Counted from the first letter of the stretch, positions 48,276 through 58,923 are shown. The stretch is 64,000 nt of DNA from Armatimonadota bacterium (GCA_034722055.1 JAYENL010000130.1:1-64000); one strand, 5' to 3'. Numbers and translations are program-made. Notes: generated by a model not told the origin, from the letters alone.

Positions 48276-49838
48276 TTGCCTGCCTACCGCAGAGAGATAC
48301 TGGCCGACGAGGTCCACGTGCACGGGCCGCCCGCCGCCAGCGGGCGCGTGCGGGTGGCGCTGCTGTTCCCCTCCGACTACGCCGTGGGCACGGCCAACCT
48401 GGCGCTGCAGGGCCTCTATCGGCTGTTGAACGCGCGTGCCGACGTGCTGTGCGAGCGCGTCTTCTACCCGGGCATCCGCGAGCGAGGCCGCCAGCGCGAT
48501 GGCACGCTGCGCTCCCTGGAGCACGCCACGGCTCTCGGCGGCTTTGACGTCGTCGCCATCACCTCGTCGTTCGAGCTGGACTGGCTCAACATCCCCCCGG
48601 CCATGCGAGAGGGCGGCGTGCCGCCGCTGGCCGAGGAGCGCGCGCCGCAGTCCCCGCTGGTCATCGCGGGCGGGCCGGCCGTTACCGCCAACCCCGAGCC
48701 CCTGGTGGGCCTGGCCGACGCTCTGTTCATCGGCGAGGTCGAGCCGGTGGCGAACGATCTCCTGGACGCCCTGGTGGAGACGGACCTCCGCTCCCGATCC
48801 GGACGGCAGGAGCTTCTGGAGCGGCTGGCGGCGCTTCCCGGCTTCTATGTTCCGGCGCTCCCGCCGGACGGGAGTATCGACCGGGTGCTTCTCGATGATC
48901 TGGATGCGGTGCCCACGACCACGGAGGTCCTCACGCCCCGCTCCGAGTTCTCGCGCACCTTCCTCATCCAGACAGGCCGGGGGTGCCCCCGAAGCTGCAG
49001 GTTCTGCCTGGCGCGCCAGATCTACCACCCCCTGCGGACGCGTAGCGAGCAGTGCATCCTCGACAGCGCCGGGGTGGGCCTGCAGTTCACCGACCGCATC
49101 GGCCTGGTGGGTGCGGCGGTGGCGGACCATCCGCGGATCGAGGAGATCGCCGGGGAGATCGTCGCCATGGGGGGCCGGATCTCGACGTCCTCTCTTCGCG
49201 CCGAGGGCGTGACCCCGGCGCTGATCGAGGCGCTCGCGGCCAGCGGCCAGCGCAGCATTGCCCTGGCGCCAGAGACCGCAGACGAGCGCCTCGCGGAGGT
49301 TCTCGGCAAGCGCGTTCCCTATGAAGCGGTGCGGTATGCCGTGGCACTCGCCAGCGAGGCCGGCCTCACCGACGTGAAGCTCTACTTCATGCTGGGGGTC
49401 CCCGGCGAGACGGACGAGGCTGCGGATCGGATCGCGGACTACGTGCAGGCGCTGGAGAGCGACGTCGGCGGCATACATGTGAGCGTGGCGGCGGGCGCCC
49501 TGGTCCCTAAGCCGCACACCGAGCTCGCGCGCGCCGCCGTCCCACACCCCGACACGGTGGGCCGGCGGCTGAGGCGGCTGCGGGGCGAGCTTCGCGCGCG
49601 CACCGGCGCAGACCTCCGCAGCTCGTCGGCCCGCTGGAGCGGAGTGCAGACGGCGCTGAGCCGCGGCGGCCGGGAGCTGGCAGGGGTGATCCTGGCTGCG
49701 GGCGGAGGCGGGCCGGACGAGTTCGAGCGCGCGCTGCGCCAGGAGGGCCTGGCTCTGGAGGACTACCTTGCCGAGCAGACGGGCCCGGTGCCCTGGGAGG
49801 TTGTGGGGGAGTGCCAGAGGATGGGGGTGGGCCCATGA
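48276..49838 (+). CDS. Radical SAM protein with N-terminal B12-binding-like domain
   Basis: CERVF, IAGG, GRGCPRSCRFC, LAPE, KLYFMLG, PKPHT; TTG start after GAGGGA (approximate). Confidence 0.85.
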   Translation: MPAYRREILADEVHVHGPPAASGRVRVALLFPSDYAVGTANLALQGLYRLLNARADVLCERVFYPGIRERGRQRDGTLRSLEHATALGGFDVVAITSSFELDWLNIPPAMREGGVPPLAEERAPQSPLVIAGGPAVTANPEPLVGLADALFIGEVEPVANDLLDALVETDLRSRSGRQELLERLAALPGFYVPALPPDGSIDRVLLDDLDAVPTTTEVLTPRSEFSRTFLIQTGRGCPRSCRFCLARQIYHPLRTRSEQCILDSAGVGLQFTDRIGLVGAAVADHPRIEEIAGEIVAMGGRISTSSLRAEGVTPALIEALAASGQRSIALAPETADERLAEVLGKRVPYEAVRYAVALASEAGLTDVKLYFMLGVPGETDEAADRIADYVQALESDVGGIHVSVAAGALVPKPHTELARAAVPHPDTVGRRLRRLRGELRARTGADLRSSSARWSGVQTALSRGGRELAGVILAAGGGGPDEFERALRQEGLALEDYLAEQTGPVPWEVVGECQRMGVGP

Positions 49839-50827
49839 TCGACGCCCCTCTCCCCTACTTCTACCGCCTGTCGCCGCCCACGGGCTACTACGAGCTGGCG
49901 GCCCTGGAGTTCGAGGCCCTGACCGGCGACCCGGCGCCCCAGGCCCAGCCCTGGGAGCAGCGCGAGCAGCCCACCGATGTCCCGCGCATCGCGTGGTCGC
50001 GCGTGGGAGCGGACATCCAGCGCGCGGCCTACCTCGCGCAGTGCTGTCGGCTGCTGGCGAGTGCCGACGGGCTCGAAGGATTGCTGTCGGCGGCGGAGAA
50101 GCTTCACCTGCGACGGGAGCGCTTCCGGGTGCGCGTGCGCAAGACAGGCGGCGTGCAGGCCCCCCGCTCCCAGCACATCGAGCGCATGATCGCCGACACC
50201 ATCGATGGCTCGCCGGACCTGTCGCGGCCCGTTGTGCAGATCGTCATCATGGCGCGTCCGGAGCGCTGGCTGATGGGTGAGCTGGTCTCGCGCACGGACA
50301 GTGGCTGGCGAGGCCACGAGCAGCGGCCCTACCAGTACTCCAGCGCGCTGCCGCCGAGGCTGGCGCGGGCGCTGGTGAATCTGGTGGCGCGCCCGGGCGA
50401 TCGCCTGATGGACCCGTGCTGCGGCGTGGGAACGGTCCTGGTGGAGGCCGCGCACATGGGCGTCGAGGCCTTCGGCTGGGACACCAACCGGCGAGTCGTG
50501 GAACACGCGGCGTCGAATCTCTGTCATCATGGCTTGGGGGCCTGGCTCGTGGTGGGCGACGGGCGCAGTGTCCGTGGCCGTTTCGACGGCGCGGTCCTGG
50601 ACCTGCCCTACGGCCAGTCCACCCCGCGGGTCGAGAGCGTTTGCCGCGGACTCGTTGAGCGCGCGCTCCAGGTCGCGCGGCATGTGGCCGTAGTCGCCAT
50701 CGAGGACATGCGCGAGCTGCTCGGTGACATGGGGGCGGAGGTCCTGGGGTGCGCCGCTCTGACCAAGGGGAACCTGATCCGCCGGGTACACTGGGCCCGC
50801 GCACCGTCCGCTGGCAAGGACGCCTGA
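49835..50827 (+). CDS. Trm11/UPF0020-like RNA methyltransferase (THUMP-like + SAM domain)
   Basis: PRLARALVN, DPCCGVGT, DLPYG; ATGA overlap with radical SAM gene. Confidence 0.8.
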   Translation: MIDAPLPYFYRLSPPTGYYELAALEFEALTGDPAPQAQPWEQREQPTDVPRIAWSRVGADIQRAAYLAQCCRLLASADGLEGLLSAAEKLHLRRERFRVRVRKTGGVQAPRSQHIERMIADTIDGSPDLSRPVVQIVIMARPERWLMGELVSRTDSGWRGHEQRPYQYSSALPPRLARALVNLVARPGDRLMDPCCGVGTVLVEAAHMGVEAFGWDTNRRVVEHAASNLCHHGLGAWLVVGDGRSVRGRFDGAVLDLPYGQSTPRVESVCRGLVERALQVARHVAVVAIEDMRELLGDMGAEVLGCAALTKGNLIRRVHWARAPSAGKDA

Positions 50828-50841
50828 AAGGGGAGGAAACC

Positions 50842-51717
50842 GTGGAGCTGTGGCAGCGTTTCACACAGCGGGCGCGGCGGTCGATCCTGACCGCCCACTC
50901 AGAGAGCAGCGAGATGCGGCAGGACGCTATCGGGACGGAGCACCTGCTGCTGGGGCTGCTGCGACTTGGCGCGGGCACGGCGCACGGGATCCTCCAGGAC
51001 CTGGGCGTCGATACCAGCGCGCTGGAGGCGGACGTCCGAAGCACTGCGGAGCAGGGCTCCGGTGAGGGCGTCCCGGATCAAATCAGCTTCACGCTGACCG
51101 CTCAGCGGGTGCTCCAGACGGCCTATGCCACGGCCGGGGAGATGGCCGATCAGCACATCGGGACCGAGCACATACTGCTGGCGCTGGCGCAGGAGGGGGA
51201 GGGCATGACGCATGGGATTCTGCGCCAGCACAATGTGTCAGCCGACAGAGTCGGGCCCGCTCTCAGGAAGCTCAGAGACGAGGGCGAGCCGGTCGAACCT
51301 GCGGCTGCCCAGGGGTCCGACCTTCAGCGACCACGGACGGGTATCGAGGCGCTGTCCAGCGACCGCATCCCGCCGGCCGTGGGGCCCTACTCCCAGGCCA
51401 TCCGCGCCGGCGACCTTATCTTCTGCTCCGGTGTAATCGGGCTCTCGCCGGAGACGAAGAAGCTGGTGGAGGGTCCGTTCGAGGACGAGGTGCGGCAGGT
51501 CATGAGCAACCTCAAGGCCCTGCTGGAGGACTGCGGCAGCGGCCTCAACCGCGTGGTGAAGACGACCGTCTTCCTGGCGGACATCGAGCAGTTCCCGGCC
51601 TTCAACGAGATCTATGCCGAGTACTTCGACGAGGCGCCCCCGGCGCGGTCCACCGTGCAGGTGGCGGCGCTGCCCCTGGGCGCCCGACTGGAAGTGGAGG
51701 CGATAGCCATTGCTTAG
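50842..51717 (+). CDS. Clp N-terminal domain - RidA (YjgF/UK114) fusion
   Basis: RFTQRAR, IGTEHLLLGLL and IGTEHILLALA repeats, then GPYSQAI, VVKTTVFL, PPARS, LPLGA.EVEAIA. Confidence 0.85.
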   Translation: MELWQRFTQRARRSILTAHSESSEMRQDAIGTEHLLLGLLRLGAGTAHGILQDLGVDTSALEADVRSTAEQGSGEGVPDQISFTLTAQRVLQTAYATAGEMADQHIGTEHILLALAQEGEGMTHGILRQHNVSADRVGPALRKLRDEGEPVEPAAAQGSDLQRPRTGIEALSSDRIPPAVGPYSQAIRAGDLIFCSGVIGLSPETKKLVEGPFEDEVRQVMSNLKALLEDCGSGLNRVVKTTVFLADIEQFPAFNEIYAEYFDEAPPARSTVQVAALPLGARLEVEAIAIA

Positions 51718-53986
51718 GCGAGGACACGCTGCGATACTGGCGGGACTGCTGGCCGCTACCGTGGCCGGCGTTCCCTCGTCCGCCCGGGCCCAGAACCTGC
51801 TGCGCAACGGCAGCTTCGAGGGCCCCGTGGCGGGCACCGTTCCCGAGAGCTGGTCGTTCCACGACTTCCAGGGTGATGAGCTGGCCAGCGGCGAGGTGGA
51901 CCGCGGCGGGCGCGTCGGTCCGCACTGCCTCAAGCTGACATCCCCCGTCTTCCCCGTGGACTATGTCGCCTACTGCCGGCCGATAGATGTTGAGGACCTG
52001 GACAGCGACGAACTCATCTTCTCATGCTTCTTCCGCACAAAGGACCATCCGCAGGCGCAGGTCACCCTCGCAACCTACGGCGAGGACTTCACCGAGAGGG
52101 AGTTCGCCACTCCCGACCTCCTCACAGAGTCCCATCCCCTGGGCGAGACCAGGCGGTGGGTCCTCTACACCACGCACCTGCAGCTCCGGCCGGGCACCAA
52201 GCAGCTCGTGGTGATGCTGCGGGTGATGGGCGAGGGCACCGTCTACTGGGACGGCGCCTCGGTGCGAGAGGTCGGTGGGCAGGTGGAGGCGGAGCTGCAG
52301 GAGGCCGGCACGCTCGTGGACCTGCCCGGGCGCCGCATCGTGCAGTGTAGGGTGCGCAACGCCACCGAACGCGAGCTGCCCCTGCGGCTGGAGCTGGAGG
52401 CCAGCGACGAAAAGCATCGGCCCCGGCGCCGAGCCACCCCGTGCACCCTGGTGCCGGGCCAGCGCGAGTCGCTTCAGGTCGTCTACCCATTCGATTTCCG
52501 CCAGCCCCACAGGCTGTTCGTGGCCGTGGTCGGCGACAGCCCTGACGAGGTGCACGAGGCCTGGCGGCTGCAGGTGCCCGGCCTGGTGGATGCCCGCATC
52601 GTGGAGCCCGCCTTCCGCTCCATGGTGCTCTCCACCGTCCCTACCGAGCAGATCGTCGTGCAGGGGGAGCTCAACGCCCTGGCGGAGATCGCCAGGCGGG
52701 CGGAGATCTCCGGCCACCTGGTGGGCACCGGGGCGCGTGCGGAGCAGCCGGAGCTGCTGTCGGATGAGGGGCTGACCGGCCCCTGGCTGGTGCGGCTGTC
52801 AACGGAGGGCATGCTCACCGAGGAGTACGAGGTCGCCGTCACCGCCCGCGTGGACAACCATGAGCACACCCTCAGCCTTCCGCTGCAGCGCGCGCCGCGC
52901 GCCGAGGCGGAGGTGGCCTATGACGCCCGCCATCGGCTGTGGGTCAACGGCCAGCAGACCTTCCCGCTGGGCATCTACCGTGTCGTTGAGGAGACCGACC
53001 TGCCCAGGATCTCGGAGGCGGGCTTCAACTTCACCATCACCCCGTCGCGGTCGGTAAGCTGGCGCTACGCCAACGCCGCCCGCGATGAGGGGCTGCACGT
53101 CGCCATCGGCTCGCCGACCCTGCAGGGCCTGTTCTGGACGAACATCACGGAGACCTACTCCGGTCGCGAGGCGCTTCTGGGCTGGTACGGGCTGGAGCTT
53201 CCCGACGCCCAGGCCGCCACCACTCAGGTCCTCGAGCAGGCCTACGTGCGCTCCACGGAGGGGCCGTATAAGGCCATCGCTCAGCTCGATCCTCACCATC
53301 CGGTGATCCTCGCCCTGCGGCCCAACGGCACCATGGACGAGTTCGCACGGGTCGCCGACATCGTGCTGGCCTGGAGCGAGCCGCTGCCGAAGTGGAGCAT
53401 CACCATGGTCTCGGAGGCCGTGCGCCGCGCCCACGAGGCCGTGGACGGCCGCAAGCCCGTCTGGGCGGTCATCCAGTCCACAGGCCATCTCTGGACCACC
53501 GATCCCAGGCCGGGGCCGGAGGATCTGACCCGTCCGCCCACGCCCGCCGAGCATCGCGCCATGGTCTATCTGGCGCTGATGGAGGGCGCCGAGGGGCTGG
53601 CCTACTACGCTTACAGCCTGCCCTCGGTGGGCGAGCGGCCGTCCTACCGCATGGAGGCGGACGCGCCGGAGCTGTGGGAGTCCATCCAGGAGACCAACCG
53701 CCAGGTGCTGTCCCTGGAGCCGGTGCTGCTGGCGGCCGACCCCGCGCCCCTGGACCTCGGCGAGGGTCCCATCCGGGCGGCGCAGTGGGAACACGAGGGC
53801 AGCCGCTACGTGATAGCCGTCAATGCCGACGAGGCGGCCACCGCGGCGGTGCTGGACATCGGGGCCGAGCCGGGCGAGGAGATCGATGTCCTCTTCGAGC
53901 AGCGCACCACCATCGCGACCGACTCCGGGGCCGTCGGGGAGGCCTTCGAGCCCTACGGCGTGCACGTCTACATGCTGAGCGGATGA
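51710..53986 (+). CDS. Secreted protein with carbohydrate-binding-like and glycoside hydrolase-like domains
   Basis: Signal peptide, NLLRNGSFE, NGQQTFPLGIY, KPVWAVIQ, PTPAEHRAMVYLAL. Confidence 0.65.
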   Translation: MLRRGHAAILAGLLAATVAGVPSSARAQNLLRNGSFEGPVAGTVPESWSFHDFQGDELASGEVDRGGRVGPHCLKLTSPVFPVDYVAYCRPIDVEDLDSDELIFSCFFRTKDHPQAQVTLATYGEDFTEREFATPDLLTESHPLGETRRWVLYTTHLQLRPGTKQLVVMLRVMGEGTVYWDGASVREVGGQVEAELQEAGTLVDLPGRRIVQCRVRNATERELPLRLELEASDEKHRPRRRATPCTLVPGQRESLQVVYPFDFRQPHRLFVAVVGDSPDEVHEAWRLQVPGLVDARIVEPAFRSMVLSTVPTEQIVVQGELNALAEIARRAEISGHLVGTGARAEQPELLSDEGLTGPWLVRLSTEGMLTEEYEVAVTARVDNHEHTLSLPLQRAPRAEAEVAYDARHRLWVNGQQTFPLGIYRVVEETDLPRISEAGFNFTITPSRSVSWRYANAARDEGLHVAIGSPTLQGLFWTNITETYSGREALLGWYGLELPDAQAATTQVLEQAYVRSTEGPYKAIAQLDPHHPVILALRPNGTMDEFARVADIVLAWSEPLPKWSITMVSEAVRRAHEAVDGRKPVWAVIQSTGHLWTTDPRPGPEDLTRPPTPAEHRAMVYLALMEGAEGLAYYAYSLPSVGERPSYRMEADAPELWESIQETNRQVLSLEPVLLAADPAPLDLGEGPIRAAQWEHEGSRYVIAVNADEAATAAVLDIGAEPGEEIDVLFEQRTTIATDSGAVGEAFEPYGVHVYMLSG

Positions 53987-54037
53987 CGCAAGCGCGCGCC
54001 GCTATCGACGGGAGGCGATCCGGTGGCGGGGCCTGAG

Positions 54038-55579
54038 ATGACCAACATCGTGCAGTACTGGCGCGCCACCGTGGCACGCTTCCCTCACAAGCCGGCCGCG
54101 GTCTTCGAGGGACGGGAGTTCTCCTACCGGGAGGCCGATCGTCTCTCGGCCAGCCTTGCGATGGCCCTGCGGGATCGGTTCGAGGTCGATGAGGGCCACA
54201 CCGTCGCCATCGCCATGCCCAACTGCATCGAGTTCCTGCTGGCATACTGGGCGGTGATTCGCGCCGGGGCGGTGGTGGCCGCTGTCAACTGCCGGCTGGG
54301 CGAGGAGGAGATGGCGCACGTCCTGACCGACACCAAGGCCAGGGTGCTCATCACCCACGGTCGCGTGCAGCGGCAGGTTGAGGCGGGGCTGCGCGAGGCC
54401 GACAGCGTCGAGCGCATCATCGTCGCCCATCCGCAGCAGGAGCGCAGCGCCCGCTTCGCCGAGCTGTGCGACAGTAGCGCCTCAGGCACCGCAGGCGGTC
54501 TGCAGGCCTTCGAGGACGCCAACCCCCGCACCGACGCCCTGGCCGTCATCGCCTACACCTCCGGGACCACAGGCAAGCCCAAGGGCGCCATGATGCGCCA
54601 CTGCGACCTGCTTTTCAATGTCAAGAACTGCCTGGTGGCCCACAGCTTCCGCCACGAGGACGTGCACATGCTGGCTCTGCCCATGTTCCACTGCACGGCG
54701 CTGTACAGCCTGCTGCCGTCCTCGGCCTACCTGGGCAGCACGCTGGCCATCGCGCCGCGGCCCGATCGCGGGGAGCTGCTGGACCTCATCGAAGGCGCCC
54801 GCGTGACCACCTTCCTGGGCCCGCCCACGCTCTTCGCCATGCTCGCCCAGGGCGAGGAGCTGGCCCACCGCGACACAGCCTCCCTGCGGCTGATCGCCTA
54901 CGCCGGCTCCCCCATGCACCCCGACACCATCCGCAGGCTCCGGGAGCTTGTGCCCCACGTGGACCTGCGCAACTTCTTCGGCCTCACCGAGACCACGTCC
55001 GTCACCCATGTGCTGCCCAGCGCCGAGGCCCTCAGTCACGCCGAGTCGGTGGGAAAGCCGCTGCCCGAGGTCCGCGCCATCGTCGCGAATGAGGAGGGCG
55101 AGGAGCTGCCCACCGGCGAGACCGGAGAGCTGTGTATCCACCGCGACAACGTCATCTCCGGCTACTGGAATCAGCCCAACCGCCTGGAGGAGGACATCCG
55201 CGGAAGCTGGTTCCGCACCGGCGACCTGGCGCACATAGACGAGGACGGCTATCTCTACGTGCACGGCCGCGAGAAGGACGTCATCATCGTGGGCGGCGAG
55301 AATGTGGTGGCCGGCGAGGTGGAGGAGGTCATCGCTGAGCTGGAGGGCCTGCGCGAGGTGGCCGTGGTGGGCGTCGAGGCGACCGGCATTCGCTCCTACC
55401 TGGGGGAGCTGGTGAAGGCCGTGGTTGTGGTGGAGCCGGACGCGGAGATCGAGGAGAGAGAGATCAAGCGCCATTGCATGCAGCGGCTGGCCAGCTACCA
55501 GGTGCCGCAGACGATCGAGTTTCGCGACGAGTTGCCCCGCAATCCGGCCGGGAAGGTCCTCAAGCGAGAGCTGAAGTAA
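54038..55579 (+). CDS. AMP-binding acyl-CoA ligase
   Basis: YTSGTTGKPKG, FGLTE, WFRTGD, GREKD, LPRNPAGKVLK. Confidence 0.92.
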   Translation: MTNIVQYWRATVARFPHKPAAVFEGREFSYREADRLSASLAMALRDRFEVDEGHTVAIAMPNCIEFLLAYWAVIRAGAVVAAVNCRLGEEEMAHVLTDTKARVLITHGRVQRQVEAGLREADSVERIIVAHPQQERSARFAELCDSSASGTAGGLQAFEDANPRTDALAVIAYTSGTTGKPKGAMMRHCDLLFNVKNCLVAHSFRHEDVHMLALPMFHCTALYSLLPSSAYLGSTLAIAPRPDRGELLDLIEGARVTTFLGPPTLFAMLAQGEELAHRDTASLRLIAYAGSPMHPDTIRRLRELVPHVDLRNFFGLTETTSVTHVLPSAEALSHAESVGKPLPEVRAIVANEEGEELPTGETGELCIHRDNVISGYWNQPNRLEEDIRGSWFRTGDLAHIDEDGYLYVHGREKDVIIVGGENVVAGEVEEVIAELEGLREVAVVGVEATGIRSYLGELVKAVVVVEPDAEIEEREIKRHCMQRLASYQVPQTIEFRDELPRNPAGKVLKRELK

Positions 55580-55597
55580 CGCGCCCCGGCGCTGCCA

Positions 55598-55870
55598 TTA
55601 ATCCCCGCCACCGGCCGCATCGCCGAGCCCTGCAGCGCCCGCGCCCCCCTCGCCGGTCAGCCGTCCCAGCCCCTCCGTGCCGGCAGTGACACTGTCCTGC
55701 GCCACCCTCGCCAAAGCCTGATAGGCAATCACAGCCGAAAGCGCCATGACCGCCAGCATGAGAGCGTACTCTACCGTCGTGGCCGCCTCCTCGTCACGCC
55801 ACAGCCGGGAGACCCCTTCGACGATGCACCGACCGACGCGTCCCACCCTCTCCTGCCTGTCCCCACCCAT
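55598..55870 (-). CDS. Flp family type IVb pilin-like protein (start uncertain)
   Basis: RDEEA-ATTVEYALM followed by hydrophobic helix. Confidence 0.7.
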   Translation of the reverse strand: MGGDRQERVGRVGRCIVEGVSRLWRDEEAATTVEYALMLAVMALSAVIAYQALARVAQDSVTAGTEGLGRLTGEGGAGAAGLGDAAGGGD

Positions 55871-56071
55871 ACCCTTACCCGCACGCCCCTCCAGCAGCGT
55901 CAGCACGGACGCCGAGAGCTCGATGGTGTAGTCGGGCGACCCGCTGATCCCAAAGCGGAGCATCTATCCGACCATCGGCGGATGGCAATTGCTGAGGGCG
56001 ACGCTCCACTTGTCGCCCTCCTGCGCGCTCTTCTCACAATGTACTTGGGATGACATCCGTCACGATCCAGC

Positions 56072-57334
56072 CTACTGAACGAGCTTCACCTCGGTGCATT
56101 CGTATCCGCTGTCGGCGCTGGCGGGGCCCTCGTGCGTGCTGGCCGAGCCGGTCAGCTCCACGATCTCGGCGACCAGGCCCACTTCGTACATGTGCTCGCT
56201 GGATCCGTCGAAGTAGAGGCTGCCGCCCGGAGCGTAGAGGATCCCGCTGGCCTGACAGTTGGAGGCGTCCACCCATATCGCGTCGGCGGCAGTTCCCGCC
56301 CCGCCCATGGTGCTGAAGGCGGTGAGGTCGCGGACGAACGGTGAGAAGCTGCTGTAGACGCCGTTGACGTAGATCTGGCCGCCCGCCACCATGGTGACGC
56401 GGTCGAAGATCGTATCTGAGCCGTTGATGAAGATGTCGCCGTCCACGACGAAGAGAGCATCCTGGCACTGGCAGCCGTTGGCATTGATGATCATGTCCCC
56501 GCGCACGCGCCAGCGGCCTGAGGCCAGCGAGGCATCGGACTGGTCGATGTAGATGCTGCTCACCTCGTGGTCCCACGGCCCTTGGTCGAAGTCCTGCCAC
56601 ATGAAGTCCACCGGGTACTCCTCGATGTCCGCGGCCACTGTCTGACCGCCGACCGAGAAGCCGGAGCCGGAAATGTCCAGGTCATTGCGGTACTCGACAT
56701 CACCGGTGACCGAGAGGTTCGAGCCATTGATGTAGACGCCAGTGTTGGAGTGGATACTCCCATTGAGGGTGTTGCCGGAGCCGTTCAGGGTAATACCGTC
56801 AACACCGGGATCGGTGGAGGCGGCGAAGATGAAGCTGTCGGAGAGGCCATTTCGCCACAGCTCAGCGCGGGCGAGCGCCCCGCGCTCCAGTGTCACCTGC
56901 TCGGCGCCGAGGGCCTTGGCGAAGGAGAACTCGAACTCCGCCTGCCCCACCACTTCGGCAGCGTACTGCCGGTGCCCGAGAGTCCCGCAGCCGGGCACCT
57001 CATCGCCCGGAACGTAGTAATGGACCGTGGAGGTGACCTGCCAAGGCGAGGCGTTGTTGTTGGCGGCGACTGTTTCGGAGACTGCGACGTCCCGGCTGCC
57101 CAGCTCCGCCGTGTTCGCCGCGCCGGCCAGCGCCGCGGCATCGGTGACGTCCTGCACGCGCTGGACGGCCAGGGTCATGGCCCCGATGTCGAAGACCAGC
57201 GCCGCCACGCCCATCAGCACGGGAAGGGCTGCGACGGTGAGAGAGGAGACGGAACCGCGGCGACCCCCGCGGCGATCCAGAGTGGGATGCGTCAAGAACG
57301 CCAATAGCCGCCGACTGCTCGCACGCTGACCCAT
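56072..57334 (-). CDS. Tad-domain (TadG-like) pilus-associated protein with beta-solenoid-like C-terminus
   Basis: RRGSV..LPVLMG.AAL.FDIG..Q..DAAALAGA; repeated INGS/DGDI motifs; AGGAG RBS. Confidence 0.75.
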   Translation of the reverse strand: MGQRASSRRLLAFLTHPTLDRRGGRRGSVSSLTVAALPVLMGVAALVFDIGAMTLAVQRVQDVTDAAALAGAANTAELGSRDVAVSETVAANNNASPWQVTSTVHYYVPGDEVPGCGTLGHRQYAAEVVGQAEFEFSFAKALGAEQVTLERGALARAELWRNGLSDSFIFAASTDPGVDGITLNGSGNTLNGSIHSNTGVYINGSNLSVTGDVEYRNDLDISGSGFSVGGQTVAADIEEYPVDFMWQDFDQGPWDHEVSSIYIDQSDASLASGRWRVRGDMIINANGCQCQDALFVVDGDIFINGSDTIFDRVTMVAGGQIYVNGVYSSFSPFVRDLTAFSTMGGAGTAADAIWVDASNCQASGILYAPGGSLYFDGSSEHMYEVGLVAEIVELTGSASTHEGPASADSGYECTEVKLVQ

Positions 57335-57630
57335 CGGTCTCACTCCTGCGTGTGTTGCCGGCGGTGCCACCAACTTTACTACATGCCTGCCGCAATGACC
57401 CTCTGGAAGCAGTCAATTCTTCCTCAAGATACGCTCAAACGAAGCCGCCCCGAAATAGCGCCTTTGCAGTCTGCCTCCCGCGCTGGGACGCTGTTCGCGG
57501 CTCTGTCACCAACCAGGGGCCGCAAAGTGATCTGCCCCGAAGCATTGACGCGAAGGGCCCTCCTGTGGCATCATATTCGCGCCGCGTGAGGCGTGCCTGG
57601 GCGCCATTGAGATGAGGAGGCACCGCTGCC

Positions 57631-58245
57631 ATGCATCGAGCAGCCGTCTGTGTCACGATCACCGTGGCCCTGGCGCTCGCCTGTGGAGTGGCCTGGGCAC
57701 AGGACTACATCACCGATACGGTGGACCCGCTTGCCCCCTACATGCATGACCTTGAGCGGGTGTACGCACTGGGAATCATGGAGGGCTATCAGGACGACAC
57801 CTTCCGGCCTGACCAGAACGTGGAGCGTGGCGAGCTGTGGGTGGCCTTCAACCGCCTCATCGACGTGCTGCGGATGAAGGGGATGGAGCTGCCCGAGGAC
57901 TACAAGCCATATCTGGCGACGTATGGCCGGGGCGTCCGCGACCACTGGGGCATGGAGGCCTGGGAGCGGATGACCAAGACCCACCTCATCGACCGTCGTC
58001 CGGTAGCGCTGGTGATGGACCTCGATGCCGAGATCAAGCGCATCGAGTTCGCCGAGCTTGCGGTGGGTGTCCTACGGGGGTACGGCATGCTGCAGGCCGA
58101 CCTCGCACCCGCCGAGGTCGCCATCGGCGAGGAGATCATGGTCCGCCAGGAGGATGGGCACTTCCACTTCCAGGGGGCGATGCCCCGCTGGGAGATGGCG
58201 GTGGCACTGTCGAGGCTCCTGAACCGAGTCGCTCCCGACCTCTGA
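57631..58245 (+). CDS. S-layer homology (SLH) domain protein
   Basis: Signal peptide, GIMEGYQDDTFRPDQNVERGE. Confidence 0.8.
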   Translation: MHRAAVCVTITVALALACGVAWAQDYITDTVDPLAPYMHDLERVYALGIMEGYQDDTFRPDQNVERGELWVAFNRLIDVLRMKGMELPEDYKPYLATYGRGVRDHWGMEAWERMTKTHLIDRRPVALVMDLDAEIKRIEFAELAVGVLRGYGMLQADLAPAEVAIGEEIMVRQEDGHFHFQGAMPRWEMAVALSRLLNRVAPDL

Positions 58246-58404
58246 GCCGCCAGCGCACTCGTCCCGCCAGGCCCGGCGCCCGCTGCGCCGGGCCTTCTGC
58301 GCGCAGGGCTGCTACCGGCATGGGCAGGCGAAGGCGGCCTGAGGCGCGTCTTTCAGGTGGACGGTTCGGAGGTGCGGGAGAGCGTCCGACTGAACTGCGC
58401 GCGG

Positions 58405-58782
58405 CTACGAGACACGCACCCCGCACTCGGGGCAGAAGCTGGCCTCCGCCGGCAGCGTCGCGCCGCACTCGGGACAGGTGGGCTGTGTCTGCGCCTCGTC
58501 GGACTGCTCGTCCGCGCGCAGGTCCTTGATCTGGGCGCGTATCTCCATCATCTGGGCCTCGATCTCCCTGGCGCGCTCGATGAGCACGGCCAGCTCCTCG
58601 TCGTGGACCTGCCGCATGGTCAGCAGCTCCCTGGCGCGCTTGCCGGCCTCCTCGTACGCCCGATCAAGGTCGTTCTCCAGCGCCCCCATCTTGGTCTGCA
58701 GCTTCAGGATCTCCGCCTCTCGGCCGGCGGAGCCGGCAAGATCCCCTATCGCCTCTCTGGCCTTCCTCAGGAAGTCATCCAT
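58405..58782 (-). CDS. Coiled-coil protein with C-terminal zinc ribbon
   Basis: CPECGA..FCPECG. Confidence 0.75.
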   Translation of the reverse strand: MDDFLRKAREAIGDLAGSAGREAEILKLQTKMGALENDLDRAYEEAGKRARELLTMRQVHDEELAVLIERAREIEAQMMEIRAQIKDLRADEQSDEAQTQPTCPECGATLPAEASFCPECGVRVS

Positions 58783-58923
58783 GCTGGCACTCCGAGCCGC
58801 TTCCGTGATCTCGCATTCGATTCTTCGGCCCACGCCAGCCGAACACCTGCATGCGGGGAGGACGCCGCGGCCGGCGACGCGAAGATGAACCTGCAGACAG
58901 CCACTCGAGGAGGTGCTCGGAGG

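Noticed and set aside
57420..57560. c-di-GMP riboswitch upstream of the Tad-like gene
   Set aside because: Only a fragmentary CGCAAA match on the wrong strand; GEMM P1/P2 architecture not found
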